The notes under the pieces: generated by a model
What the model saw: the letters and a program-made list of their open reading frames with translations, nothing else
Database searches by the model: none
What the model was told of the DNA's origin: nothing
IMG/VR virus record: IMGVR_UViG_3300036389_000002
Span: 1-52,400 of that record
DNA length: 52,400 nucleotides
Source of the DNA: a virus
Lineage: Duplodnaviria > Caudoviricetes
Reading direction: 5' to 3' (one strand)
Part shown: positions 1-9,331 of the stretch, piece after piece
Layout of the letters: every line of letters starts with the position of its first letter
Numbering within the stretch: position 1 is the first letter of the stretch
Program-made: the position numbers and the translations under genes

Positions 1-1
1 A

Positions 2-181
2 ATTGAAGAATTAAAAACTCGGATTAAGGAACTCAGTAGTCAAGCTGTCAAATTTAGTAAAAAAGCAACTGAAGTATGTTTGACAGACCGAGAACAAGCC
101 AAACAGTACAGACAACAAGCAAAAGAAGCTAGTAAACGTAGTCAAGTATTGATACAAGAGTTAAAACGTCAGTCGGTTTAA
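2..181 (+). CDS. 3' part of small coiled-coil hypothetical protein (flank)
   Basis: Open frame from window start (IEELKTRIKEL...KRQSV*), followed by hairpins. Confidence 0.6.
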   Translation: MEELKTRIKELSSQAVKFSKKATEVCLTDREQAKQYRQQAKEASKRSQVLIQELKRQSV

Positions 182-233
182 AGTTAAAAACTGGCTAACT
201 TTGGGAGTCGCCAGTTTCTAGTTCTACAGATGG

Positions 234-261
234 AAAGCTCTTCGTGCTGGAAGGGCTTTTT
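234..261 (+). terminator. Intrinsic terminator-like hairpin
   Basis: aaagctcttc-gtgctg-gaagggcttt followed by T-run. Confidence 0.45.
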
Positions 262-516
262 ACTATTGTATTGTGTCATTGCATTGTCCCCTTCCGCCAT
301 TCGTGATAAGTTAAGCAGAGTGGTTTAATTATCAAACAATCACAACCTATTAGGCAAAAAACTAAAAGTTTGCGAGTAATCATCATTAGCGATCGCCCAC
401 CCCTCATCTGGTGCAATCACCCCATTGGTTTTGTCATATAATGCTTGACGGCGACGTAAGACGACTATAACTGAAGTGTACCATGTGTAAGTTCTCGGCT
501 TAATACCATCCCGGCG

Positions 517-1443
517 TTAAGGTTTCCATGCTGGCTCAGGTAGTCGCTTGATACCCGCTTGCTTTTCAAAAGATGCGGGTTGATAGATTGGGGTTATTTC
601 AGCGTTTGCAAGAGCTTTTTGCCTTTCAACCCTATAGAACTCAGCTTCTACGATTCCCGCGTCAACCCAAGCTTTTTTGAGGGGCATCTGCGTACATCTG
701 CAACGTGGGTGGATGGGTGGGCGGATACCGTCAGACAATCTGTAAGTTTGCAAATGTCTTGCCAAACAGTAACCGCAGATGATTTTGTCTGATATTGCCA
801 CCCAGGTTACCCACTCAATATCGGCTTGAGAGTAACGTTGTACAGCCGCATCATTGTAAGCTGCGATCGCTTCATATCTGGCTATGGACTCAGCCCTAGA
901 TTTTGTCACTCCTAGCTGCTGCTGCAACGGCTGTAAAACGCGCTGAATTCCCCATCCCTGTACAATGCCCTGCGAGATGATGTTGGTAGCTGTGTCGGCA
1001 AAATTGTCGCCATATCTAAGCAACCTTTGATAAGTACTCTTAGCACTGGCTGCGACCGCTTCAATGGCGATATCAGACAAAGGTTTAAGTTTCTCGTTAC
1101 CTAGCGCTTGAGCAAAAAGCCCAGCGACATCAAACCCTGCGTTGGTCGTGTCTCTGAGAATCTCGCCAAATATCGCCTTGTAACTGTCGGCTTTGTCGGG
1201 GTTTACTATTTGCAGAAGTCCGCCTAACTCTCTAAATATCAAAGCGCGGCGCTGGGATTGCAACAAAGTGGCATTGCTAGAGATATTGCTATAACTTTTG
1301 ACTAAATCTTTCTCTAATGCTCCATAAGCAGTTTCTAGGGCACGGTTTAAGCGAGCTATTGCTTTATCTTCCATGCCTTTGATTTGCTCATCGTATCTAG
1401 CAGCAATTGTTAGTACTTCTTGCGACATTTTTAATCTCCACAT
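517..1443 (-). CDS. Phage head morphogenesis protein (SPP1 gp7 / Mu gpF-like)
   Basis: RAESIARYE, W..ISDKIICGYC, PPIHPRCRC motifs. Confidence 0.9.
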   Translation of the reverse strand: MWRLKMSQEVLTIAARYDEQIKGMEDKAIARLNRALETAYGALEKDLVKSYSNISSNATLLQSQRRALIFRELGGLLQIVNPDKADSYKAIFGEILRDTTNAGFDVAGLFAQALGNEKLKPLSDIAIEAVAASAKSTYQRLLRYGDNFADTATNIISQGIVQGWGIQRVLQPLQQQLGVTKSRAESIARYEAIAAYNDAAVQRYSQADIEWVTWVAISDKIICGYCLARHLQTYRLSDGIRPPIHPRCRCTQMPLKKAWVDAGIVEAEFYRVERQKALANAEITPIYQPASFEKQAGIKRLPEPAWKP

Positions 1444-1474
1444 CCCGTTAACGTAAAGTTACGGTAACGGGAAA

Positions 1475-2455
1475 TTAACGTCTTTGATAGTGCCTGAATA
1501 GTTGCTTAAGTATTGCCTCATACAACTTAGTCGGGACGCCATTCCCAATTATAGAACCAGCTACTCGTGTTTCTTCTGGCAAGATATACCAATGCGGCAT
1601 GGTTTGTAGCATCGCCATGTCTTTGATTGACAACGTTAACCAGTCGCCTTTATACCAAACATCAAAGAATGAGCGACGATTGCTGCCATGTGAATCTGAA
1701 AACAAAGCGCAGGTTATAACTGGTGCGGATTCCCAAAAATGTTTGACTGCTAAATTCTTGCCGTGATAGCTTCGCTTTTGTATCAGGAAAGTGTAAGAAT
1801 CAGGGTAGCATGTGCGTACTGCATTTAATGCATTGATTTGTGCTGGCGATGGACAGATTTCTTTCATGGATTCAATGCGATCGCCTAAAACCTCTCCCCA
1901 ACTAACAGGACGCTGCATCGGAGGTAAACCCACAGGTGTTCCATTGCGGCAACACGTCAAAAAAAGACGCTCCCTGCGCTGTGGGACGCCATAAAAGTTT
2001 GCATTAAGCACGTCATAAGTTATGCTGTAGCCTAGGTTGCTGAGTGCGCACATAATTAGTTTTATAGATTCTGTGGCAAAGTAACCCCTAACCTGCTCTA
2101 AAGTGAAATAGTATGGTCGTAGCGCGGTTATCGCATTCACTATACCAATTGCCGCTTTTAAGTCTTGCTCTGTTTCTTTCCCCTCAGAATTAGCTGCCGA
2201 AAAGTTTTTGCATGATGGGCTGGCGTGCAAAAGCATCCAGTCATCTCCCATGTAAGGAATCCAGTTCACTGATTCTACTGGGGTTCTTAAGAGTTCTGTA
2301 CTTGGATAGTTTTTTGCGTAGCAGTCGGCGATCGCAGTTGATAGCTCAACTCTGCCTGGGTCATACTCTACCGCTAGATCTGTCTTTAAACCCATTTCAT
2401 GAATAGCGGTGTCTAGGACACCACCACCGCTGAATAATACAGCAATTTTGCTCAT
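1475..2455 (-). CDS. C5 cytosine DNA methyltransferase
   Basis: LFSGGG (motif I), SPSCKNFS (IV), EQV (VI variant), GVPQRRER (VIII), IGNGVP (X). Confidence 0.9.
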   Translation of the reverse strand: MSKIAVLFSGGGVLDTAIHEMGLKTDLAVEYDPGRVELSTAIADCYAKNYPSTELLRTPVESVNWIPYMGDDWMLLHASPSCKNFSAANSEGKETEQDLKAAIGIVNAITALRPYYFTLEQVRGYFATESIKLIMCALSNLGYSITYDVLNANFYGVPQRRERLFLTCCRNGTPVGLPPMQRPVSWGEVLGDRIESMKEICPSPAQINALNAVRTCYPDSYTFLIQKRSYHGKNLAVKHFWESAPVITCALFSDSHGSNRRSFFDVWYKGDWLTLSIKDMAMLQTMPHWYILPEETRVAGSIIGNGVPTKLYEAILKQLFRHYQRR

Positions 2456-2467
2456 AACTGTCCTCTG

Positions 2468-2764
2468 TTATTTTACTGATTTTTTAGTTCGTGTTTTTGT
2501 GGGCGCAGTTGGTATCTCTACTGGCTTAGGTGGGCAAAGAGTATTAGGATTAATTGGCTCTATAGTGTGTTTAAAAATCTTGAAATCAGTCCAGCCCTGC
2601 CTACGCATCATCATAATTACTTCCGTCACTTCTTCCAGCGATCGCAATTCTCCATCTGTCGCTGTCCGCACCCATCCTGGGCTGCTCACATGGTCGCCTT
2701 CCCACCAGTGATAAAGCTTATAAACTGTTAATTTGCTCATTTTATCTGGATTTAATTTCAACAA
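2468..2764 (-). CDS. Hypothetical protein
   Basis: 98-aa ORF in operon with the MTase. Confidence 0.6.
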   Translation of the reverse strand: MLKLNPDKMSKLTVYKLYHWWEGDHVSSPGWVRTATDGELRSLEEVTEVIMMMRRQGWTDFKIFKHTIEPINPNTLCPPKPVEIPTAPTKTRTKKSVK

Positions 2765-2927
2765 TTTCTTGACCTTTCCAAATTCTTGCAGCTCGCTCTT
2801 TCGCAGTTTTTTGGGTCAAATCATCACACACAACAAATATGCGATCATCTTCCTTAATCGCATGATTATTAGAAATGAATGCCGCATATAACTCTACTTT
2901 TGGCACAAATACAAAATACTTTTTCAT
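2742..2927 (-). CDS. Hypothetical protein
   Basis: 61-aa ORF with SD-like GGAAGGA, downstream of leftward promoter. Confidence 0.6.
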   Translation of the reverse strand: MKKYFVFVPKVELYAAFISNNHAIKEDDRIFVVCDDLTQKTAKERAARIWKGQEIVEIKSR

Positions 2928-2952
2928 TTCCTTCCCATCACTTTATGCCTTT

Positions 2953-2981
2953 AATATGACATAATGGGCATAAAACGTCAA
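2953..2981 (-). promoter_or_regulatory. Sigma70-type promoter overlapped by 16-bp operator
   Basis: TTGACG-N17-CATATT on minus strand; ATGACATAATGGGCAT at 2956-2971. Confidence 0.6.
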
Positions 2982-3046
2982 GTTCTGGTTATAGTAAAGT
3001 TACGGTAACCGGGAGATATCATAGTGCAAGAGGTAGGGATAAAAAT

Positions 3047-3685
3047 ATGAACGATTACAGTAATGCTTTAGAGTTTTTAGGGAAGCAGGAAGGTGGTGCT
3101 GAGCACAAAGAAGCAGTGCTAGCTTATGTAAGAGTTGTACTGGAGGAAAGTAAAGATAAGCAAACTAAATTAAGAGATGCGACCGCAAAGCTTAAGCGAT
3201 TAAGTGAAGTGGCTGGCGGCACCGAAGAGGAGTTAGAAAATAAATTATCTGATTTGCAAAGACAGGTCAAGGAATTGACCACAGAGCGTGATAAATTAAA
3301 AACTACAACAGAAGCCGATACAAAAGAATTAGAGAAATTCAGGGCTGAAAAAGTACAGCGAGAGAAAGAAACTAAGATGAAATCGCTTGCTGAGAAAGCA
3401 GGCGCAGATTACGAAGCTTTTAATCAATTATTTAGCGATTTGCCTGTAGAACTTGTGGGCGAAACCGTAACGGTGAAAGAAGGGGAAAAATCTTTGAGTC
3501 TGGACGAGTATTTGCAAGCACAGCCTGCGTGGAAGAAAGCTGCACTATTTTCTAACCAGCAAGAGAGCCAAAACAACAAATTACCGGGTGCGCCACCAAG
3601 CGGAAACCAAGCCAGGGAAGGTGGCTACTTAGGGGATGCTTACATCAATAGCCGTTATAACCCAGCACGCTTTGGCAAAAAATGA
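3047..3685 (+). CDS. Capsid scaffolding protein
   Basis: E/K-rich coiled coil with low-complexity C-terminus, upstream of capsid genes. Confidence 0.7.
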   Translation: MNDYSNALEFLGKQEGGAEHKEAVLAYVRVVLEESKDKQTKLRDATAKLKRLSEVAGGTEEELENKLSDLQRQVKELTTERDKLKTTTEADTKELEKFRAEKVQREKETKMKSLAEKAGADYEAFNQLFSDLPVELVGETVTVKEGEKSLSLDEYLQAQPAWKKAALFSNQQESQNNKLPGAPPSGNQAREGGYLGDAYINSRYNPARFGKK

Positions 3686-3725
3686 CTCGTTATCGTAACG
3701 TTACAGTAACGAGAGGAGATCGCTC

Positions 3726-3754
3726 TTGACTAAGAACTAGCAGTAAGCTAATGT
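3726..3754 (+). promoter_or_regulatory. Head-operon promoter
   Basis: TTGACT-N17-TAATGT, just downstream of the palindrome at 3689. Confidence 0.5.
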
Positions 3755-3764
3755 AATGTCAATG

Positions 3765-3980
3765 GGCGATCTGGGTAAGCCTAAAAACCAGGTATATTAC
3801 TGTCTTGGCAGTTAGCAGGTCTAGCGCGGCAGTAAAGAACGCCACAGATGGGTGGCAAATAGCTAAAACCTGAATTGAAGCGCAGATGGGCGCAACGTGG
3901 CGATCTGGGTAAGCCTAAAAACCAGGTATATTGCTGAAATGGCGAAGCAGCAAAGAATGTTACAGATGGGTAGCGCGAGC
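3765..3980 (+). ncRNA. Tandem structured leader RNA
   Basis: 34-nt exact repeat (3765, 3899), compensatory stems, three AGAUGG-loop hairpins. Confidence 0.6.
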
Positions 3981-4005
3981 CGATGTAAAGCTTTTGGATA
4001 AAGCG

Positions 4006-4632
4006 ATGTCAAGCGCAGGAATGAGAAGTTTTCCGGTAATAGTTACCGCGTATCAAGCATGGCTTGGGGAGGCGGCAAACTACAACACAATGATGCCGCA
4101 TGGTGCCCAGATCAATCCGGTAGGGATAGATCCAATAGATAAGGTGACTTTAACAGTATCGGGTGCGATCGCCGCAAATGCCACCAAAATTATATTGACT
4201 CAGCCGCTAAACAATTCGCTGGGCATTCAATCTGGGATGACGCTGACGTTCGGTTCTACATCAGTCATCACTAGCGAGTGGACATCTCCAGCCAGCAAAG
4301 AAATATTGATATTCCCATCGTCAGGGACAATTGCAGATGCAGCGACTTATGCATTTCCAGGGTATGGAGCACGACCAATCAGAGATGGTATTGCTGTAGG
4401 CAGAACATTTGCTGAGCGCGATGCTGGTGCAATGTTTGGGTTGGCGGACGCTAACGATGATGAGATTTACCTTGTTGCTTTCCCGAAACCAGATGTAATA
4501 CATGATAACGATATAGATCTGATTCGGCATGGTACAAGAATTAGAGAAAACTACTTACCAAACTTTTCAACGTACGCAGCCGGGTTACAAACAAAACTGC
4601 GCAATTCTTATCAAATGTATTTAGCGGCTTAA
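4006..4632 (+). CDS. Putative head decoration protein
   Basis: Position between scaffold and capsid; beta-rich; ATG 4006 preferred over 3931, which lies in the RNA repeat. Confidence 0.55.
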   Translation: MSSAGMRSFPVIVTAYQAWLGEAANYNTMMPHGAQINPVGIDPIDKVTLTVSGAIAANATKIILTQPLNNSLGIQSGMTLTFGSTSVITSEWTSPASKEILIFPSSGTIADAATYAFPGYGARPIRDGIAVGRTFAERDAGAMFGLADANDDEIYLVAFPKPDVIHDNDIDLIRHGTRIRENYLPNFSTYAAGLQTKLRNSYQMYLAA

Positions 4633-4642
4633 GAGAGAAAAA

Positions 4643-5881
4643 ATGGCTTTTAGTACACTTCAAGACGTTATAACTCTCCTCTCCAAGCCAGGACGGGACG
4701 GGTTTTCTGATTTCGATAAGCTGACAATCAGCCCAATCTTACAATTCGGGACTGATGATCAGCCTTATCTACTTCAAACCTTGCTGCCAGAGCAATTAAA
4801 GCCCAAAAATCAATACACAGAAGGTGCAATAGAGTACATCTCTTCATTAGCAAAAGCAGGTAGCAGTTACTCGCCAACCGACATCAACAAAGGTGGAAAC
4901 CGCGTGGCTATGCTTGATGTCAAGCTTGGATTTACTAATCAAAAGGATGTACTTGATGTTGCATCCTATGAGACTATTCACGATATCTTGCAACTATCTG
5001 GTGATTCAGCAAACTCCCCAGGATTGCAAGAAGCTGCTGAGCGCCTATTGAATTGGACAGAAAATAACATTACCAAGCCAATGATGGACTTAAATGAGGT
5101 CTATCGTTCGCAGGCAATTCTTGATGGTAGAGTCAGGAGGCGTGGAGCGAATGGTTATTCGGAGGATGTCATCTACCCAACTGCGCCAGGACAAAGAATA
5201 GATGTTCCTGGTGGAACAGTTGGTGCGCCAGCGGGATGGAATAACACATCCGGTTATGATGTCGTTGCTGATGTCCTCAACATCCAAGCGGCAGCACGCC
5301 AAAAGGGCTTGGAAATTGTCCGCATGATTTCTAACTATGATGTGAAGATAAAATTCATGCGGAACGACGTGGTGAGATCCCATTTCTTTGGGGTAACACT
5401 GCGACCAACTCAGCAAAATGATGGCATAGCTGTAGGCAGTCTCCCTGCGATTATTGATGAGGATGCTGTAGATGTACTTTTGCGCGGATATCGCTTGCCG
5501 CGATGGGAAACCTACGACAAAACTTACAACCAACGGAACCCAACGACAGGGCTGCTGGAGCAAAAACGCTACTTTGATCGCACCAACCCAACTAACGGTA
5601 AAGAATATGACCCCATCTTATTTGTTTGCCGCACCAACCGCAACATAGTTGTCCCCTTACCTAATCCTATAGGGCAAGTCAACCTAACCAACGTTCTGGG
5701 CTACTATGCTATTGGTCGCTGTGTAGGTCATCCTGCGCCAGGTAGAATAATGAATCGCTTACTGGAAGATAGTTTGCATCCGCCTAGCTTTACCTGCGAG
5801 TTAATCCAGGAAGGCTTGCCAGTTTTACAATCACCCGAATCTTTCTTTGTTCTTAACGTGTACCGTCCATCAGCGGCTTAA
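4643..5881 (+). CDS. Major capsid protein (lambda E-like HK97 fold)
   Basis: 412 aa; NEVYRSQAILDG resembles E-family E..R.QAL..G; position in module. Confidence 0.75.
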   Translation: MAFSTLQDVITLLSKPGRDGFSDFDKLTISPILQFGTDDQPYLLQTLLPEQLKPKNQYTEGAIEYISSLAKAGSSYSPTDINKGGNRVAMLDVKLGFTNQKDVLDVASYETIHDILQLSGDSANSPGLQEAAERLLNWTENNITKPMMDLNEVYRSQAILDGRVRRRGANGYSEDVIYPTAPGQRIDVPGGTVGAPAGWNNTSGYDVVADVLNIQAAARQKGLEIVRMISNYDVKIKFMRNDVVRSHFFGVTLRPTQQNDGIAVGSLPAIIDEDAVDVLLRGYRLPRWETYDKTYNQRNPTTGLLEQKRYFDRTNPTNGKEYDPILFVCRTNRNIVVPLPNPIGQVNLTNVLGYYAIGRCVGHPAPGRIMNRLLEDSLHPPSFTCELIQEGLPVLQSPESFFVLNVYRPSAA

Positions 5882-5931
5882 CACTTCCAGGGCTAAAAGC
5901 CACTGAGTTCCTAAGCTCCCGCGAGGTTTTT

Positions 5932-6162
5932 ATGATTCATGAAGGTGCTGAAGTTGTCAAAGTTACAAATATCATTGTTTCTTTTATCGAGTACAAGTTG
6001 GTAAATGGCGATGATACTTACGAGACAAAAGTAACAAGTACAATTCGGACTAGAATTGATGAAGTGATGGGCATCCTCACCTTAGGTATTGGGGTGATGC
6101 AATCATGCCCAGATGCATACTTAGACCCACAAGCCACGGAGAACTGGACAAATGCAGATTGA
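5932..6162 (+). CDS. Hypothetical protein
   Basis: ORF with SD GAGG. Confidence 0.5.
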   Translation: MIHEGAEVVKVTNIIVSFIEYKLVNGDDTYETKVTSTIRTRIDEVMGILTLGIGVMQSCPDAYLDPQATENWTNAD

Positions 6163-6319
6163 TTTAGAACGCCCAGTGCTGTACAACGGGAAAACGTTTT
6201 ATCCTGACGAGCAAGGGAAAGCGGAGGTTCCGGAGGAGGTAGCGATCGCATTAGGTCTTATTAAACCTCCCACTTCTGACACTCCCACCAAAACCCAATC
6301 ATCAACTACCAAAAAGTGA
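6152..6319 (+). CDS. Small head-associated protein (55 aa, not in ORF track)
   Basis: MQIDLERPVLYNGKTFYPDEQGKAEVPEEVAIALGLIK..., overlaps both neighbours. Confidence 0.65.
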   Translation: MQIDLERPVLYNGKTFYPDEQGKAEVPEEVAIALGLIKPPTSDTPTKTQSSTTKK

Positions 6320-6678
6320 TGCCATTAACAACCATCGCTACTGCAATTGATGCTTTTGTCAAAATCCCCGCTGTTGCCCAGCTTTACGAAGATTCAGACC
6401 TCGCTCATGTAGAAAATATTCTCGTTTCTACAGCAGGCACCTTAAAGCAAGGAGGAGTAGGATATCGCATCTATGCTGCTGCCAAAGCTTACCTAGGTAC
6501 GCATCCTGAACTTAGATTTGTAGAAGTTCATGATGGAACCAAGATTGGCAATATTGATGCGCTATTAAAATCTTTTGACGCTTTACAAGCTCAGGAAGAC
6601 AACAATCTCTTTACAAAAACCGCTTTTCGCGTGACACCATTTATAACAACTAGTGTACGCAAATTCGCTGAGCCATGA
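6316..6678 (+). CDS. Putative head-tail adaptor
   Basis: Size and position after capsid. Confidence 0.5.
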   Translation: MMPLTTIATAIDAFVKIPAVAQLYEDSDLAHVENILVSTAGTLKQGGVGYRIYAAAKAYLGTHPELRFVEVHDGTKIGNIDALLKSFDALQAQEDNNLFTKTAFRVTPFITTSVRKFAEP

Positions 6679-7073
6679 GAAAAATACTGGGGTCTAGAAA
6701 AGTTTTCGAGCACGCCACCATCACCTTTGGGATAATCGAACCCACATGTGATTTGGACGAGCGTGGTAACTTTGCTCAAAAGAAAACCACAATAACCTTG
6801 GTGGCGCAGATAGATCGCAGTGGCACCAGCACTGGCAAGCAAGGAGATACTGAAGCTTACGCTACCAGTGAGCGCTTGATGAGTGGGCATTTGGTACAAC
6901 CAACTAAAATGCCATCAGGCTTAGTCCCAGGCATTATTGGTCGGATTGAATTTCCAGATGGAGAGATTAATAATTGTCGCTTGTTACCGTCTTCTCAGAT
7001 TTCATGGAAGATAATCAAATGCGATCGCATTAACTTATCCGTTGGTGCTGGTGCTATAGCTCGTCAAACCTAA
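6675..7073 (+). CDS. Putative head closure protein
   Basis: Beta-rich, DERGN motif, position. Confidence 0.5.
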   Translation: MRKILGSRKVFEHATITFGIIEPTCDLDERGNFAQKKTTITLVAQIDRSGTSTGKQGDTEAYATSERLMSGHLVQPTKMPSGLVPGIIGRIEFPDGEINNCRLLPSSQISWKIIKCDRINLSVGAGAIARQT

Positions 7074-7102
7074 CTCCCGTTACCGTAACGTTACCATAAC
7101 CA

Positions 7103-7531
7103 ATGGCTGCAACTTTTACCGTCAAAATAAACGAAAAAAGCCTGGGAAATTTCCGAGGGTTGCCGGATCAGATAAGGAATATGCGCAAGCCCATGCAAAA
7201 TGCTCTTGCTTATCTGGAAGCGGAAACCAAGAAACAGTTTGTATCCGAAACTGACCCAGATGGTCGTGCGTGGGCAAGTTTAAAACCCAGCACTTTGGCG
7301 AGGAAGAAAAGCGGAGCTATTGGGAGAGAAACGGGTGCGATGATCAACTCTATCTTTACCAGGTTAACGGGAGATCTGCAAGGAGAAATTGGTTTAAGCG
7401 TTGAGTATGCGCTTTACTTCAGCGAAGGAACAGAGAAAATGGCAGCGCGTCCAATCCTGGGATTTAATAATACTAGAGAAGCAAAAGTGATGTCACTTTT
7501 TGAGATCTATATAGGAGATCTTGTGAGATGA
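7103..7531 (+). CDS. Virion morphogenesis protein (Mu gpG / P2 gpS-like)
   Basis: DPDGRAWASLKPST and MAARPILG motifs. Confidence 0.85.
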   Translation: MAATFTVKINEKSLGNFRGLPDQIRNMRKPMQNALAYLEAETKKQFVSETDPDGRAWASLKPSTLARKKSGAIGRETGAMINSIFTRLTGDLQGEIGLSVEYALYFSEGTEKMAARPILGFNNTREAKVMSLFEIYIGDLVR

Positions 7532-8070
7532 CGCAGTGCATAGGTGGAGATCCATCACCGGATAGAAACGAATATGCGGATATTGACAAAGCGCTTGCCG
7601 AAAGGTTGGAGCCACTAAGAGAGTATGTAGAAGGGGAAAACGTTTTAGTTCGCGCTTTGCCGGATTTGGCGGCAGGGTTCAGCGATCGCACCGATTCTGG
7701 CGACATCTACTTTGTCCTTTCCCAAGGCGAAGCTAACCGGGATGAGCGCACCAGAGTATTGCTTTCTGAGACTTGGCAAATCACCTTGGTAGTGATGCTT
7801 CCTAACCGTTACAGCAAGGCAGGAGTCTACGACGTTTTTAAGCGAGCCAGAAATCTTTTAGTCGGCTTTACTCCTCCTTATGCTCTCCAACCTATCGGTG
7901 CACCAGATTGGCGATTTAATCGCGATCAAGCACATTGGGTGATAGAAGCTACCTTTCCTTTTGATGTTTGCATACTTGACACCTCTCCAGATGAGGAGGA
8001 TGAACCCACAATTACTGAGTTAAGGATTCAAGGAGTATCTTACACGGAGGTTGTAACCAGTGCGAATTAA
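7528..8070 (+). CDS. Tail terminator/completion protein (Mu gp37-like)
   Basis: ARNLLVGFTP motif, acidic C-terminus, position before sheath. Confidence 0.6.
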   Translation: MTQCIGGDPSPDRNEYADIDKALAERLEPLREYVEGENVLVRALPDLAAGFSDRTDSGDIYFVLSQGEANRDERTRVLLSETWQITLVVMLPNRYSKAGVYDVFKRARNLLVGFTPPYALQPIGAPDWRFNRDQAHWVIEATFPFDVCILDTSPDEEDEPTITELRIQGVSYTEVVTSAN

Positions 8071-8221
8071 ATGGAAAGTAGAGACATATGCAACAGTTGA
8101 AATTAATGGTGAGATGACTCAACTATTATTTGACGAGGAGTACGAAGTCCCAAAAGATTCTGAGTATTTCCAGGATGCGCTTACTAGAGGATGAGCTGTT
8201 GAAGTTAAGGAGGAAGAATAA
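8060..8221 (+). pseudogene. Small pre-sheath gene with internal stop
   Basis: VRIKWKVE...ALTRG*AVEVKEEE*; TGA at 8192; final TAA overlaps sheath ATG. Confidence 0.55.
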
Positions 8222-9329
8222 TGGCGCTAACAAAAGGAGTCATCATTTACCCAGGCACTACAACGCCGATACTGTAGGGTCAATGACAGCAATCGAGCGA
8301 ATTGCATCCGCCACAGCGGTCGCCGCAGTAACCACCGCATCAGTGTTTTGTCCTGGGGCTAAGATAAAATTGGGGATATCCTTATAGAGAGATGGGATAT
8401 CTTTGATGAGGTAGATGCCCGTGCGAGCGCCTGTTGTGTCAGACCCCACAATACTGGCGGCATCAGCAACCTTGATAGCGTAGATGTTATTGCTACCGTA
8501 ACGTATGAGTATGTCTAAATTGCGGGGAAGAGTATCCCCTGCCGCGTGTGCGCCAAACTTAGCAGTGGCGTCGGCTGCGCTTGTCACTTTTTGGATTGTG
8601 TTGTTAGGAACCGTAGCATTAGTTGCTGTGCCTATTATGGCGAGAGGCAAGCTATTACCGGACAGATGGGGATAGCATTGCCAACATTGTCACAGCACGC
8701 GCTGGGAATACAGGCATCGGGCAGGATAAAGAACGCTTGATAGTTACTTACCCCTACTTAAATAACGCAGTCACTCCAACTATCCATGAACCTCTGTCCA
8801 CGCACTTAGCGGGTACTGTAGCCAAAAATGGAGATTATGGTAAAACGGTATCATCACAACCGTTGCTCGGTATCTCCACGCCTAGTGTATCATTGTCTAT
8901 GAGTGTTACTGATGAGAGCTCCGATACTAGCAAGTTACTGGGAGCAGGGGTGATTACAGTTATGAACGATGACAATATACCTGGTGGATTTGAAACTTGG
9001 GGTGATCGCAACTCCACATTCCCCAGTAGTTCAGACGTTCGTTCCTTTATCCACGCTATCCGCACAGAAGATGCAGTCATGCAGAAAGCAATATCTCGTG
9101 CGCGGAAATTTATTGATTTACCTAGTAACTTAATGACAGCAAACATGGCGACATCCTCTTACGATGCCATGTTCTTTGAAATGGCATCGTAAGAGGATTG
9201 CAGCGCGGTTCGGCGCAATGGGACAGCACTAACAGCAATATTCTTGCTGGTCGGCTAAAACACATCTTACAATTCCAACCCAACAACATGGTGGAAATTA
9301 TGGAACTCGCTGTGAGCATAGGAGGTTAA
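8221..9329 (+). pseudogene. Tail sheath gene broken by internal inversion (8272-8665) and frameshift (~9188)
   Basis: Sheath motifs (AIIGTA, GARTGIY, ILAPG, WGDR); flipping 8272-8665 fuses three pieces in frame. Confidence 0.9.
9153..9198. repeat. Perfect 18-bp inverted repeat in sheath 3' end
   Basis: ATCCTCTTACGATGCCAT-N10-ATGGCATCGTAAGAGGAT. Confidence 0.95.
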
Positions 9330-9331
9330 TT

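Noticed and set aside
3765-3932. 34-bp direct repeats as a mini CRISPR array
   Set aside because: Only two copies, 100-bp intervening sequence that is itself partly repeated and structured, no cas genes
3931-4005. N-terminal extension of the 233-aa ORF
   Set aside because: TTG start lies inside the RNA repeat; ATG 4006 is more plausible
8130-8650. ORFs 8130-8387 and 8258-8650 as independent genes
   Set aside because: 8258-8650 is the inverted sheath segment; 8130-8387 is an off-frame ORF crossing the breakpoint
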